In this document: positions 54,548 to 63,076 of the stretch, piece by piece
How positions within the stretch are numbered: position 1 is the first letter of the stretch
Layout of the letters: every line of letters starts with the position of its first letter
Origin: Kiritimatiellia bacterium
Lineage (GTDB): Bacteria; Verrucomicrobiota; Kiritimatiellia; RFP12; UBA1067
Reading direction: 5' to 3'
Length of the DNA stretch: 64,000 bases
NCBI GenBank assembly: GCA_045617985.1
Contig: JAZLJP010000145.1
Location: 1,075-65,074 of the forward strand
Translations under genes and position numbers: made by a program
Notes under the pieces: generated by a model
Told to the model about the DNA's origin: nothing
The model's input: the letters and a program-made list of their open reading frames with translations, nothing else
Databases searched by the model: none

Positions 54548-54865
54548 TCCTCCCTCCCTCCCCCCCTACGCCGCGACAGGATTTCGTCCGCACCATAATC
54601 TCACCAAACAGAAGAAATCCGGCTGCCACCTGATAAAGTGAAGATTTCGGCGCGGAACGGTTCAGAACCGAAATCTTCATTCCTGATACGGGGCCTGTCC
54701 CCATGTGATGACATGATGGGAAGGGGCTTTCTTAAAGTTGTACCGGCGATTTTTTCCTGACTTTTGTTTTCACGAGAGGTGGCGGCACTGACGGGGCTGA
54801 CCGAAAATAATGACGATTTTTTTCAAAAAGTCTGTCATTGCCCCGCGAAGGGTGCATATCATAAG

Positions 54866-54970
54866 GTGTCTGCGGGAGTGAATCTCCCACAACCCGATTT
54901 CTAGAAAGTTTCTTTCTAACCTTGTGCGAAAGCCGAACCATCCTAGTGGTTCGGCTTCGTGGTTTTTTTT
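54866..54970 (+). ncRNA. Candidate ~100-nt sRNA, copy B
   Basis: Same architecture as copy A: CTGTCA (54832-37)-N16-GCATATC (54854-60), an 11-bp terminator stem at 54930-54957 and a T8 run at 54963-70. There are about ten differences from copy A over ~165 nt by eye, four of them in the promoter spacer. Confidence 0.5.
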
Positions 54971-55025
54971 GGGGGGGGAGGTTGGCGCGGCTTGTGGAAA
55001 ATCGGCAAACTTCGGGTTCTGGGTG

Positions 55026-55054
55026 TTGCCGAGGGCGGTTTGATTTGATACAAT
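55026..55054 (+). promoter_or_regulatory. Sigma-70-type promoter (TTGCCG-N17-TACAAT with a TGn extension) for the 55148 gene
   Basis: -35 at 55026-31; TGaTACAAT at 55046-54. Confidence 0.6.
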
Positions 55055-55147
55055 AGTTTTCGAGCGTCGGATTGTGAGGTCGCTTTTCGGAGATGAAAGC
55101 CGAAAGCGGCGAAGGCATGGTCCGTTGGAAACTGCAAAAGGATTGCC

Positions 55148-57787
55148 ATGAAAAAACTATTGAGCGGAATTGTTGGATGTGCGCTTATGAGCGCTGTTGC
55201 TGCGGGCGCGGCCGAGACGGTGGCCTATGTGATTCCCGGGCAAGTTGCGGGAACGAACGTGGGTGCGGCTGCGGAAGAGGCGGTGTTGAAGCTGATGGAG
55301 ACGCCTGTGGCGGCAGAAACGTTCGCTTCGTGGAAGAAGGCGAATCCGGCGCCGTTCCATCTCTTTGGCGAAGAGCGTCGCCTCGCGGTGCGCAATGGCA
55401 TCGTTCCGGCGCATTGGTTTGCAGAGGGCGGCCCCGCGCGCGTGTTCCGGGGGAAGGCCCAGCCGGGCGAGTATTATGTGTTCCAGGTGTGCGTGGCAAG
55501 CGAGAAGGCGCGCGCGCTCGTGTGGGCCGCCTCGCCGGCGGCCGATGCCGTGACGCCGGCGCGGTGCGCGGTGAAGGCGAACGGCGTGAAACCGATTTGG
55601 GTGGGCGTGAACGTGCCATGCGATGCGGCGGGCAAAACGCTCACGGGGGTCGTGGAGGTGAAGGATGCGGCCACGGGCGAGGCGGCGCGCCTCCCCTACG
55701 AACTCGCCGTTTCGGGCGAAGTGTTGAAAGACGGCGGCATCCACGATGCGTGGCGCCTGGCGCGCCTCCAGTGGCTCAATTCGACGGTGGGAACTTCGGA
55801 AACGGAGCCGACGCGTCCCTTTACGCCCGTTGCGGTGAACGAGGCCACGCGTACGCTCTCGATTCTCGGGCGCGATCTCGTGCTCGGCGAGAACGGCCTG
55901 CCGACGCATTATTTTACCCGTTTCAATGGCAGCAATGCGAAGATTCTCGCCGAGGGAACCGATGCCCTTTCGCGTCCATTCGATTTCCGGCTCGATGGTA
56001 AAACGCCGCTTGCGGGGAAGAGCACTTTCACGTTCCTCAAGCGCACGCCCTGTGCGGTGAGCTGGCGTGCGACCACCGAGGCGGGCGAGGCGTGCCTCGA
56101 AGTGGAAGGGCGCCTTGAATTCGACGGTTTTGCCGAGTTCAAGATGAACGTCGTCTCGAAGAAAGAGGCGGTGAGCGTTTCGCCGGTCTTCACTGTGGCG
56201 ATGCCGGCGGCGCGCGGCCGCTTCCAGATGGGCCTCGGCCGCGAGGGCGGGTTCTTCCCGGCGAAGCATGAGTGGACGTGGAATCCCAATCGCCATCAGG
56301 ACGCCACCTGGGTCGGCGATGTAAACGGCGGCATGATGTTCCGTTTCAAAGGGGCGAACTTCTCGCGCCCGCTCATCAATGCCTACTACGCGTGGAAGAA
56401 GCTCAACATGCCCGAAACCTGGGCGGCGGCCGGGGGGGGCATCGTTCTTGAGAAGACCGCCGACGCGGCGACCCTGCGCGCCCATGGCGGCCCGCTCGTT
56501 GTGACGGCGGGCGCGCCCGCGCGCTATGCCTTCGACCTCTACCTCACGCCGTTCAAGCCGGCCAATCTGAAGATGCATCTTGCCGACCGCTACTTCCATT
56601 ACAGCCAGCACGGCACGAAGAACGACTTCAACGTGCGCAAGGACGCGGGCGCGACGGTGATCAATCTCCACCACAATACGATTTGGAACCCCTACATCAA
56701 CTATCCCTACAACGACGACGGCGGCCCGCACCTCAAAGAGGCGTTGAAGGAGATGCATGCGCTCGGGCTGCGCGGCAAGGTGTACTATACAACGCGCGAG
56801 CTCACGCAGAACCTGCCCGAGTTCTTCGCCCTGAAGTCGCTCGACGGCGAAATCTTCATGCCGCGCAATCCCGCCGTGAAGGGGTGGCCGGTGACGAACC
56901 GGAATGGGCCCCACCCCTGGCTCGCGCAGCACGTGGGCACGGACATCATCCCCGCCTGGCGTGAGAACGTGCGCTTCTCCGCCTATCCCAACCGGCTCGA
57001 CCTTGCGGTCATCACCACGCCCGATACGCGCTGGAACAACTTCTATCTCGGCGGGCTCGACTACCTCGTGCGCGAGTTCAAGATCGACGGCCTCTATATC
57101 GACGACACGGCCCTCAACCGCGAGGCGATGATGCGCGCGCGCCGCATTCTCGATGCCGACGGCAACACGGGCCGCCGCATCGACATGCACTCGTGGAACC
57201 ACCGCAGCGGGCTTGCCGGCGGCGGCAATTCGTCGATCGTCTTCATGGAACTCTATCCCTATTATGATCGCCTCTGGCACGGGGAAGGCTTCTCCGCCCA
57301 GAAGCCGCCCGAGTATTGGCTCGTGGAAATGAGCGGCATTCCGTATGGCCTCATGAGCGAAATGCTCCATGGTTTCAACCAGTATCGCGGCATGGTGTTC
57401 GGAATGACCTGCCGTGGCGGCTGGCAGAGGTGGACTCCGTATTCGCTCTGGAAATTCTTCCAGGAGGAATCGCTTGAAGATGCCGAACTCGTGGGCTGGT
57501 GGGACGAGGCGAACCCCGTCGCGCTCGCGGGCCCGGGGGCGGCGCCGATTCGCGCGACCGTCTACAAATTCAAGGATCGCGCGGTGGTGGCGCTTGCGAA
57601 CTTCTCGAACACGCCCCAGCAGGTGACGTGGAATCTCGATTGCGCGAAACTCGGTTGGGCCGGCCGCAAGGTCGCCTGTCGCATCCCCGCCATCGACCGC
57701 TTCCAGGAGAAAGAGGCGACCGCCCCCGGCGGCACGCTCGACATCAACGTGGGCAATGGCCGCCTGATCGTCGTGCGCGCCGAATAA
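55148..57787 (+). CDS. Secreted glycoside-hydrolase-like protein (GH123-like / DUF4091-type TIM-barrel family)
   Basis: Signal peptide MKKLLSGIVGCALMSAVAAGAA. The 879-aa length and blocks such as INLHHNTIWNPYINYPY, KVYYTTRELT, IDGLYIDDTALNREAM and WNHRSG resemble that family as I remember it. The family assignment is from memory only. Confidence 0.6.
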   Translation: MKKLLSGIVGCALMSAVAAGAAETVAYVIPGQVAGTNVGAAAEEAVLKLMETPVAAETFASWKKANPAPFHLFGEERRLAVRNGIVPAHWFAEGGPARVFRGKAQPGEYYVFQVCVASEKARALVWAASPAADAVTPARCAVKANGVKPIWVGVNVPCDAAGKTLTGVVEVKDAATGEAARLPYELAVSGEVLKDGGIHDAWRLARLQWLNSTVGTSETEPTRPFTPVAVNEATRTLSILGRDLVLGENGLPTHYFTRFNGSNAKILAEGTDALSRPFDFRLDGKTPLAGKSTFTFLKRTPCAVSWRATTEAGEACLEVEGRLEFDGFAEFKMNVVSKKEAVSVSPVFTVAMPAARGRFQMGLGREGGFFPAKHEWTWNPNRHQDATWVGDVNGGMMFRFKGANFSRPLINAYYAWKKLNMPETWAAAGGGIVLEKTADAATLRAHGGPLVVTAGAPARYAFDLYLTPFKPANLKMHLADRYFHYSQHGTKNDFNVRKDAGATVINLHHNTIWNPYINYPYNDDGGPHLKEALKEMHALGLRGKVYYTTRELTQNLPEFFALKSLDGEIFMPRNPAVKGWPVTNRNGPHPWLAQHVGTDIIPAWRENVRFSAYPNRLDLAVITTPDTRWNNFYLGGLDYLVREFKIDGLYIDDTALNREAMMRARRILDADGNTGRRIDMHSWNHRSGLAGGGNSSIVFMELYPYYDRLWHGEGFSAQKPPEYWLVEMSGIPYGLMSEMLHGFNQYRGMVFGMTCRGGWQRWTPYSLWKFFQEESLEDAELVGWWDEANPVALAGPGAAPIRATVYKFKDRAVVALANFSNTPQQVTWNLDCAKLGWAGRKVACRIPAIDRFQEKEATAPGGTLDINVGNGRLIVVRAE

Positions 57788-57830
57788 GATTGCATCCGCT
57801 TTACATTTGATAGTGTATTCGCCGTAATTA

Positions 57831-57839
57831 TGATACAAT
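57831..57839 (+). promoter_or_regulatory. Extended -10 (TGaTACAAT) upstream of serA
   Basis: tgatacaat lies 60 nt before ATG 57899. Confidence 0.45.
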
Positions 57840-57898
57840 ATACAACCCTAGGCCGAGTGGCCTTCTTTCAACGATAAACTCTAAACTGAAAGCGAACC

Positions 57899-59065
57899 AT
57901 GAATTATAAGTACAATTGTCTCAATCCCATCGCGGAGGTGGGGTTGAAGAACCTCGACGAGCGCTATCAGCGCACCGAGGATTTTGCCGCGGCGGATGCC
58001 GTCTTCGTGCGATCCGCGAAAATGGACGAGCTCGTTCCCGGCGCCAAGCTTCTTGCGGTGGCGCGTGCGGGCGCGGGCGTGAACAACATCCCCCACGCGG
58101 AGTACGCGAAGAAGGGCATCGTGGTGTTCAATACGCCCGGGGCCAACGCGAACGGCGTGAAGGAACTCGTTTTGGCGGCGATGCTGCTCGCGAGCCGCGA
58201 TATCGTGGGCGGTATCGAATGGGTGAAGGCGAATGCGGCCGACGCCGCGATCAACAAGACGGCCGAAAAGGCGAAGAAGGCCTTTGCCGGAACCGAAATC
58301 ATGGGCCGGAAGCTCGGCGTGATCGGTCTCGGGGCGATCGGCCAGAAGGTGGCGAACGCGGCGGATGCCCTGGGCGTACGCGTCTATGGCTACGACCCCT
58401 ACCTTTCCGTTGAAACGGCGGTGCATCTTTCCACGACCATCACGGTGTGCAAGAACATCGAGACGATCTACAAGGAGTGCGATTTCATTACAATCCACGT
58501 GCCGGCCTTGGAGAACACGAAGGGCATGATCGACGCCGAGGCGATTGCCATGATGAAGACGGGCGTGATCGTGATCAACGCCGCGCGCGACGCGCTCGTG
58601 AACGAGAAGGACATGATCGAGGCGCTTGCGAACGGCAAGGTGCGCAAGTACGTGAGCGACTTCCCGAATGCGACCACGGCGGGCCAGAAGGGGTGCATCG
58701 TCATTCCGCACCTCGGCGCCTCCACGGAAGAGGCCGAGGACAACTGCGCCGTGATGGCCGCGCGGGAACTGCGCGACTATCTCGAGAACGGCAACATCAC
58801 GAACTCGGTGAACTATCCGGCCTGTTCGCTCGGGCCCTGCACGAAGGCGGGGCGCCTGGCGATCTGCCACAAGAACGAAGCGAACATGATCGGCACGTTC
58901 ACCTCGATCCTCGGCAACGCCAAGGTCAACATCGACGCGATCCAGAACAAGAGCCGCGGGTCTTTCGCCTACACGCTCATCGACGTGGATTCGCCGGTGC
59001 CGCCGGCCGTGGTGGAGGCGCTTAAAGCGAGCGATGCCGTCATCCGCGTGCGCGTGATCAAGTAA
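57899..59065 (+). CDS. serA: D-3-phosphoglycerate dehydrogenase (2-hydroxyacid dehydrogenase with a C-terminal ACT domain)
   Basis: GRKLGVIGLGAIGQKVA NAD fold; NAARDALVNE...IPHLGASTEEAEDNCA catalytic region; ACT-like tail IGTFTSILGNAKVNIDAIQNKSRG. Confidence 0.85.
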   Translation: MNYKYNCLNPIAEVGLKNLDERYQRTEDFAAADAVFVRSAKMDELVPGAKLLAVARAGAGVNNIPHAEYAKKGIVVFNTPGANANGVKELVLAAMLLASRDIVGGIEWVKANAADAAINKTAEKAKKAFAGTEIMGRKLGVIGLGAIGQKVANAADALGVRVYGYDPYLSVETAVHLSTTITVCKNIETIYKECDFITIHVPALENTKGMIDAEAIAMMKTGVIVINAARDALVNEKDMIEALANGKVRKYVSDFPNATTAGQKGCIVIPHLGASTEEAEDNCAVMAARELRDYLENGNITNSVNYPACSLGPCTKAGRLAICHKNEANMIGTFTSILGNAKVNIDAIQNKSRGSFAYTLIDVDSPVPPAVVEALKASDAVIRVRVIK

Positions 59066-59100
59066 GGCGCATCCAACGAACGAACAAAGAGGAGCTTCGA

Positions 59101-60375
59101 ATGGCGGCATTCAGCTATAAGGCAATGACCAAAGACGGGCGGCGCGTGGACGGAACGGTTCAGGCGGACGACCGGCGCGGGGCGCTTGCCGCCGTTCGCA
59201 AGCTCGGGCATACGCCGCTCTCGGTTTCGGAAGCCGGCGGTGGCGCCGCCGGAAAGAAGGCGGCAAAACCGGCTGCGGGAAAGAAGAAAAAGAGCGGCGG
59301 CAGCATCTGGGACGTCAAATTCGGCGGCAAGGCCGAGGCGATGACCGAAATGGAAGTGCTGCTCTTCACGAGTGAACTTGCAGACCTCCTTGAAGCGGGC
59401 ATGACGCTCGGGCAGGCGCTCGGGTGCCTCGCCAACCAGGGCGAAGAAGGCAGCGCCCAGCGCGTCGTTTCGCAAGACCTCTGCGCGCGCATCGTGAACG
59501 GCGAATCGTTCTCCGATGCCTTGAGCCACCATCCGAAAACGTTCCAGCCGCTCTATGCGAACATGATCCGCGCCGGTGAAGCCTCCGGCGCGATGGTGAG
59601 CGTGTTGCACCGCCTCGTGGAACACTACGAGCGGTTCGACTCGATGAAGTCGAAGATCAAGGGCGCGATGATGTACCCGGCTTTCGTGATGGTGTTCGGC
59701 GTGGGCGCCGTGATCCTCGCGATGGGCTTCATCATTCCGCGCTTCAAGAAAGTGTTCGATTCGCTGGGCGGCTCGCTCCCCACCCCCACGGCGATTCTCC
59801 TCAACATGAGCGATCTCATGCTCGAATGGGGGTGGCTCGCGGCGCTTGTCATCGCCGCCGGCGTCGTCTGGTTCACCAAGTGGAAGAAGTCGCCGGCGGG
59901 GCGGGCGAAGGTGGATGGCTGGAAGCTGCGCATGCCGCTCATCAAGGGCATCGTGGCGGCGGGCACCTATTCCTCGCTCGCCTTCACCTTGCAGACGCTT
60001 CTCACGAACGGCGTCAACGTGCTGCAGGCACTCAAGATCGCCGAAGAGACGTGCGACAACGCCGTCATCGGCCAGGCGCTCGCGAACGCGCGCCTGCGCG
60101 TGACGGACGGCACCACGATCGCGGGCCCGCTTGCCGCGTCGGGTGCGTTCCCGCGCATGATGACGGATATGCTCGCCGTGGGCGAACAGGCCGGCAACAT
60201 GGCCTCCTCCCTCGGCCACATCGGCATGCGCTACCAGCGCGACATGGACCGCAACATCGGCAAATTCACGAACGCGCTCGGGCCGCTGCTCATCGGCATC
60301 ATCTCCATCGGCGTCGGCTTCGTGGCCTACGCGATCGTGAGCGCGGTGTTCGCCGTGTCGAGCGCCATCGGCTGA
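59101..60375 (+). CDS. gspF: Type II secretion / type IV pilus platform protein (GspF/PilC family)
   Basis: FSYKAMTKDGRRVDGTVQADDRRGALAAVRKLGHTPLSV N-terminus, a duplicated T2SSF domain (LADLLEAGMTLGQAL and LQTLLTNGVNVLQAL) and three TM segments. Confidence 0.9.
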   Translation: MAAFSYKAMTKDGRRVDGTVQADDRRGALAAVRKLGHTPLSVSEAGGGAAGKKAAKPAAGKKKKSGGSIWDVKFGGKAEAMTEMEVLLFTSELADLLEAGMTLGQALGCLANQGEEGSAQRVVSQDLCARIVNGESFSDALSHHPKTFQPLYANMIRAGEASGAMVSVLHRLVEHYERFDSMKSKIKGAMMYPAFVMVFGVGAVILAMGFIIPRFKKVFDSLGGSLPTPTAILLNMSDLMLEWGWLAALVIAAGVVWFTKWKKSPAGRAKVDGWKLRMPLIKGIVAAGTYSSLAFTLQTLLTNGVNVLQALKIAEETCDNAVIGQALANARLRVTDGTTIAGPLAASGAFPRMMTDMLAVGEQAGNMASSLGHIGMRYQRDMDRNIGKFTNALGPLLIGIISIGVGFVAYAIVSAVFAVSSAIG

Positions 60376-60408
60376 GGGATTCATTTCAAGAAAGCAAAGG
60401 AGTCAAAC

Positions 60409-60837
60409 ATGAACGAAGAAACGAAAATGGTCGAGCAGTCGGTGCGTGCCGGCTTCACGCTCGTGGAAATCATCATCGCCGTCTCGATCGTGGGCATCAT
60501 GGCGGGCGTCGCGGCCGTGAACATCCCGAAGATGCTCAACCGTGCGCGCGTCACCTCCACCCGCGAAATCATCGCGGCGGCGGATACGGCCACGAAGACG
60601 TATCAGACCGACCACAGCGGCAAGGTGCCGGAGTCGCAGGACGCCTGGGTGGAAGCGCTCACGGGCGGCGACGATCCGGAAATCGAAGGCGGCCCTGACG
60701 CACTCAACGACGCGTGGGGCAATCAGCTCCACTACGAGCGCGTGGGCAAGAGCGGCCGCTTCAAAATCACGTCGGACGGGCCGGACGGCGAACCCGGTAC
60801 GGACGACGATCTGACGAACATCGCCACCAAGAAGTAA
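60409..60837 (+). CDS. gspG: Major pseudopilin GspG
   Basis: Prepilin leader ...RAGFTLVEIIIAVSIVGIMAGVA with G/FTLVE cleavage-methylation motif. C-terminal DAWGNQLHYE...SDGPDGEPGTDDD is typical of GspG. Confidence 0.88.
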   Translation: MNEETKMVEQSVRAGFTLVEIIIAVSIVGIMAGVAAVNIPKMLNRARVTSTREIIAAADTATKTYQTDHSGKVPESQDAWVEALTGGDDPEIEGGPDALNDAWGNQLHYERVGKSGRFKITSDGPDGEPGTDDDLTNIATKK

Positions 60838-60865
60838 GGCAAGACGCCGAAGGCGGGGTTCCCCT

Positions 60866-61672
60866 GTGCTGAAAAAAGGCTTCACGCTCGTCGAAATCGT
60901 CATCATCCTCCTGATCATGGCCATCATTACCGGAGGGGCCGTGATGAACGTGGGGGCGGGGATGAAATCGGCACGTCTTCGCGATGCCGCGCGTACGGTT
61001 CAGCTGTACACGCGGCACGCGAAGGCCGTGGCGTTGCTCAAGCAACGTCCCGTGGTGCTGCAGTTCGAGGAAATCTGCGAGAACGGCGAGTTCGTGAAAA
61101 GCCGCATGTCGATTTCCTCCTCCGGCGACGCGACAAGCGGCGGCGGGGGGATCGGCGTGGGGCATAACGGAAGCGGGGCTTCGGATGGCCTCACGCGCAC
61201 GATTTCCGGTCTCGCCGTGGGGCAGGACGGCGGCGCGCAGGAGGTCGCTCCCGTTGCCGATGGCCCGGAGAACGAAGTCGATCCGCTCATGGCCCAGCCG
61301 CGCGAGTTCGAGGGCATCCGCATCGTCGCCAAGCTGAAGGAACAGGTGGAGGAGCGCCCGCGCATTTCCGTGTTCAGCAATGTGGATGTGCTCTTGAAGA
61401 GGAAGGCCGCCGAACAGGCGAAGGCGCGCGAAGAGGCCGCGGCGCGGGAGGCGGCCGCGCGGGAGGCGGAACGCAAGGCCGGCAAGGGCCGGGATGACGA
61501 CATGACGGATGAAAAGGAAGAAGAGGAGAAAGAGTCTTCCTTCTCCGTCGTCTACGAGGCGAACGGCCGATGCGAGCCGTTCATCGTGACGGTGTACAAG
61601 GACGGCACCGACGAGCGCGACGGCCTCATGGTGAGCATCGGCCGCTTCGGCCGCACGGTCACGGGGGATTAA
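60866..61672 (+). CDS. Minor pseudopilin in the GspH position, with a long Glu/Lys/Ala-rich insertion
   Basis: GTG 60866 gives MLKKGFTLVEIVIILLIMAIITGG. Insertion KRKAAEQAKAREEAAAREAAAREAERKAGKGRDDDMTDEKEEEEKE. Confidence 0.7.
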   Translation: MLKKGFTLVEIVIILLIMAIITGGAVMNVGAGMKSARLRDAARTVQLYTRHAKAVALLKQRPVVLQFEEICENGEFVKSRMSISSSGDATSGGGGIGVGHNGSGASDGLTRTISGLAVGQDGGAQEVAPVADGPENEVDPLMAQPREFEGIRIVAKLKEQVEERPRISVFSNVDVLLKRKAAEQAKAREEAAAREAAAREAERKAGKGRDDDMTDEKEEEEKESSFSVVYEANGRCEPFIVTVYKDGTDERDGLMVSIGRFGRTVTGD

Positions 61673-61676
61673 CCGA

Positions 61677-62150
61677 ATGAAAAAACGCGGCTTTACCCTC
61701 ATCGAAGTGCTCATCGCAAGCGTGATTCTCATGCTGGGGCTCCTCTCCTCGCTCGCCCTTTTCGTGCAGAGCCAGCGCATGATGATGTCGTCGGTGCGTT
61801 TTGAAACGGCCCAGCGCGTGCTGAACTATTTCGAAATGGTCTACCCGATTCCGCCGCCGGATCAGGTAACGAGCGATCCCCTGGAGGATGACAAGCTCAA
61901 CATCGAGGAAGTGCGCGCGGAGGATCTGTGCGACGATCTCGAACTCGAACTCGGGCCGAAGGACCGCGAACTCATCGCCGGTTACACCGTTTCGCGCGAA
62001 GTGGACGACATCGACGACGAGGAAATCGAGCGCAACGGCGGCATCTACACGATTCGCACGACCGTGAAGTGGGGCGGAACCCTGCGGGGCGTCGAGCCCG
62101 AAGAGGAGACGGTCGTCAAGCTGTGGTGGAAGGGAGCGGGCGGCAAATGA
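61677..62150 (+). CDS. Minor pseudopilin in the GspI position
   Basis: MKKRGFTLIEVLIASVILMLGLLS prepilin motif; 157 aa. Confidence 0.72.
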   Translation: MKKRGFTLIEVLIASVILMLGLLSSLALFVQSQRMMMSSVRFETAQRVLNYFEMVYPIPPPDQVTSDPLEDDKLNIEEVRAEDLCDDLELELGPKDRELIAGYTVSREVDDIDDEEIERNGGIYTIRTTVKWGGTLRGVEPEEETVVKLWWKGAGGK

Positions 62151-63076
62151 AACGCGCGGGCTTCACTCTCATTGAAATTCTGGTGGCGGTCACGATCCTC
62201 GCGATGATGACCGTGGTGACCTCGGTCGTCTTTTCCAGCATCACGAATTCGTGGAAGAAGTCCACGATGGTGGCCGAACGGATGCAGACTGCCGACTACG
62301 CGCTCAACCAGATCGTGGCGGGCCTTCGCAGCGCCTACTATCCGATGGACGGCAACCAGAAGGACGAATGGGGCTTTGCCCTCTACGATAACGGCGAGGG
62401 CGAAGATCCTTCCGAAAGCGACATCATCGAGTGGACGAAGCTCGGCAACTCCATCATCGGCGACAAGTCCGTGTTGACGGAAACCGCCCACCGCGTGCGC
62501 CTTTGGGTGGAAGAGGCTCCGCGCACGCGTATCGGCACGAACATCGAGGAGCCGGGCGGGCTCTGGGCCCGCGTGTGGAACCCCGATCTCTTCTCGGTGG
62601 AGGGCAACGACAATTTCGACGACGACGAATACGGCGAAGAGTTCCTGCTCGTGGAGGACGTCATCGGTTTCGACTGCGTGGTGCAGAAAGACGAGAAGGA
62701 AGTGGAGGAAGACGGCCAGCCGAAGTGGGCCGAAACCTGGGATACCTCCAACTGCGTGCCGTGGCGCGTGAAGATCACGTTTCGCATGAAGCCGCCGGAA
62801 AAGGGCGATGAACCCCTGCCGATTCTGCGCGTAGTGGAAATTCCCGTGGCACCCTTTTCGCAAAAGCCGTTTTCGCTTGATTCGAACGGCAAGGGGAAGA
62901 ACGATAAGAGAGATAACAAGAATGGCGGCAACTCCGGCGGCAACTCCGGCGGCGGTGCGGGCGGCAATCGCGGTGGTGGTACGCCGACGGGCGGCGGCGG
63001 CCGTGGCGGCGGCATGCCCGGGGCCGGGGGCGGCATGCCCGGCGGCGGCATGATGCCGGGAGGGCCGATGCGATGA
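62147..63076 (+). CDS. Minor pseudopilin in the GspJ position, with a Gly/Met/Pro-rich C-terminal tail
   Basis: ATGA overlap at 62147-62150. MKRAGFTLIEILVAVTILAMM prepilin motif. Tail GGNSGGNSGGGAGGNRGGGTPTGGGGRGGGMPGAGGGMPGGGMMPGGPMR. Confidence 0.72.
   Translation: MKRAGFTLIEILVAVTILAMMTVVTSVVFSSITNSWKKSTMVAERMQTADYALNQIVAGLRSAYYPMDGNQKDEWGFALYDNGEGEDPSESDIIEWTKLGNSIIGDKSVLTETAHRVRLWVEEAPRTRIGTNIEEPGGLWARVWNPDLFSVEGNDNFDDDEYGEEFLLVEDVIGFDCVVQKDEKEVEEDGQPKWAETWDTSNCVPWRVKITFRMKPPEKGDEPLPILRVVEIPVAPFSQKPFSLDSNGKGKNDKRDNKNGGNSGGNSGGGAGGNRGGGTPTGGGGRGGGMPGAGGGMPGGGMMPGGPMR

Noticed and set aside
54138-55118. Minus-strand ORFs 54138..54353 (71 aa) and 54732..55118 (128 aa), plus small + strand ORFs (17-aa and 47-aa MFFKGTVPTYSL...) in the AT-rich intergenic region
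   Set aside because: The two repeat copies differ by an indel that changes every reading frame. There is no RBS and the composition is odd. Non-coding RNA or repeats explain the region better.
55157-57838. 893-aa minus-strand ORF opposite the glycoside-hydrolase-like gene
   Set aside because: It is an Arg/His-rich shadow. The + strand ORF has a signal peptide, a promoter and family-like blocks.
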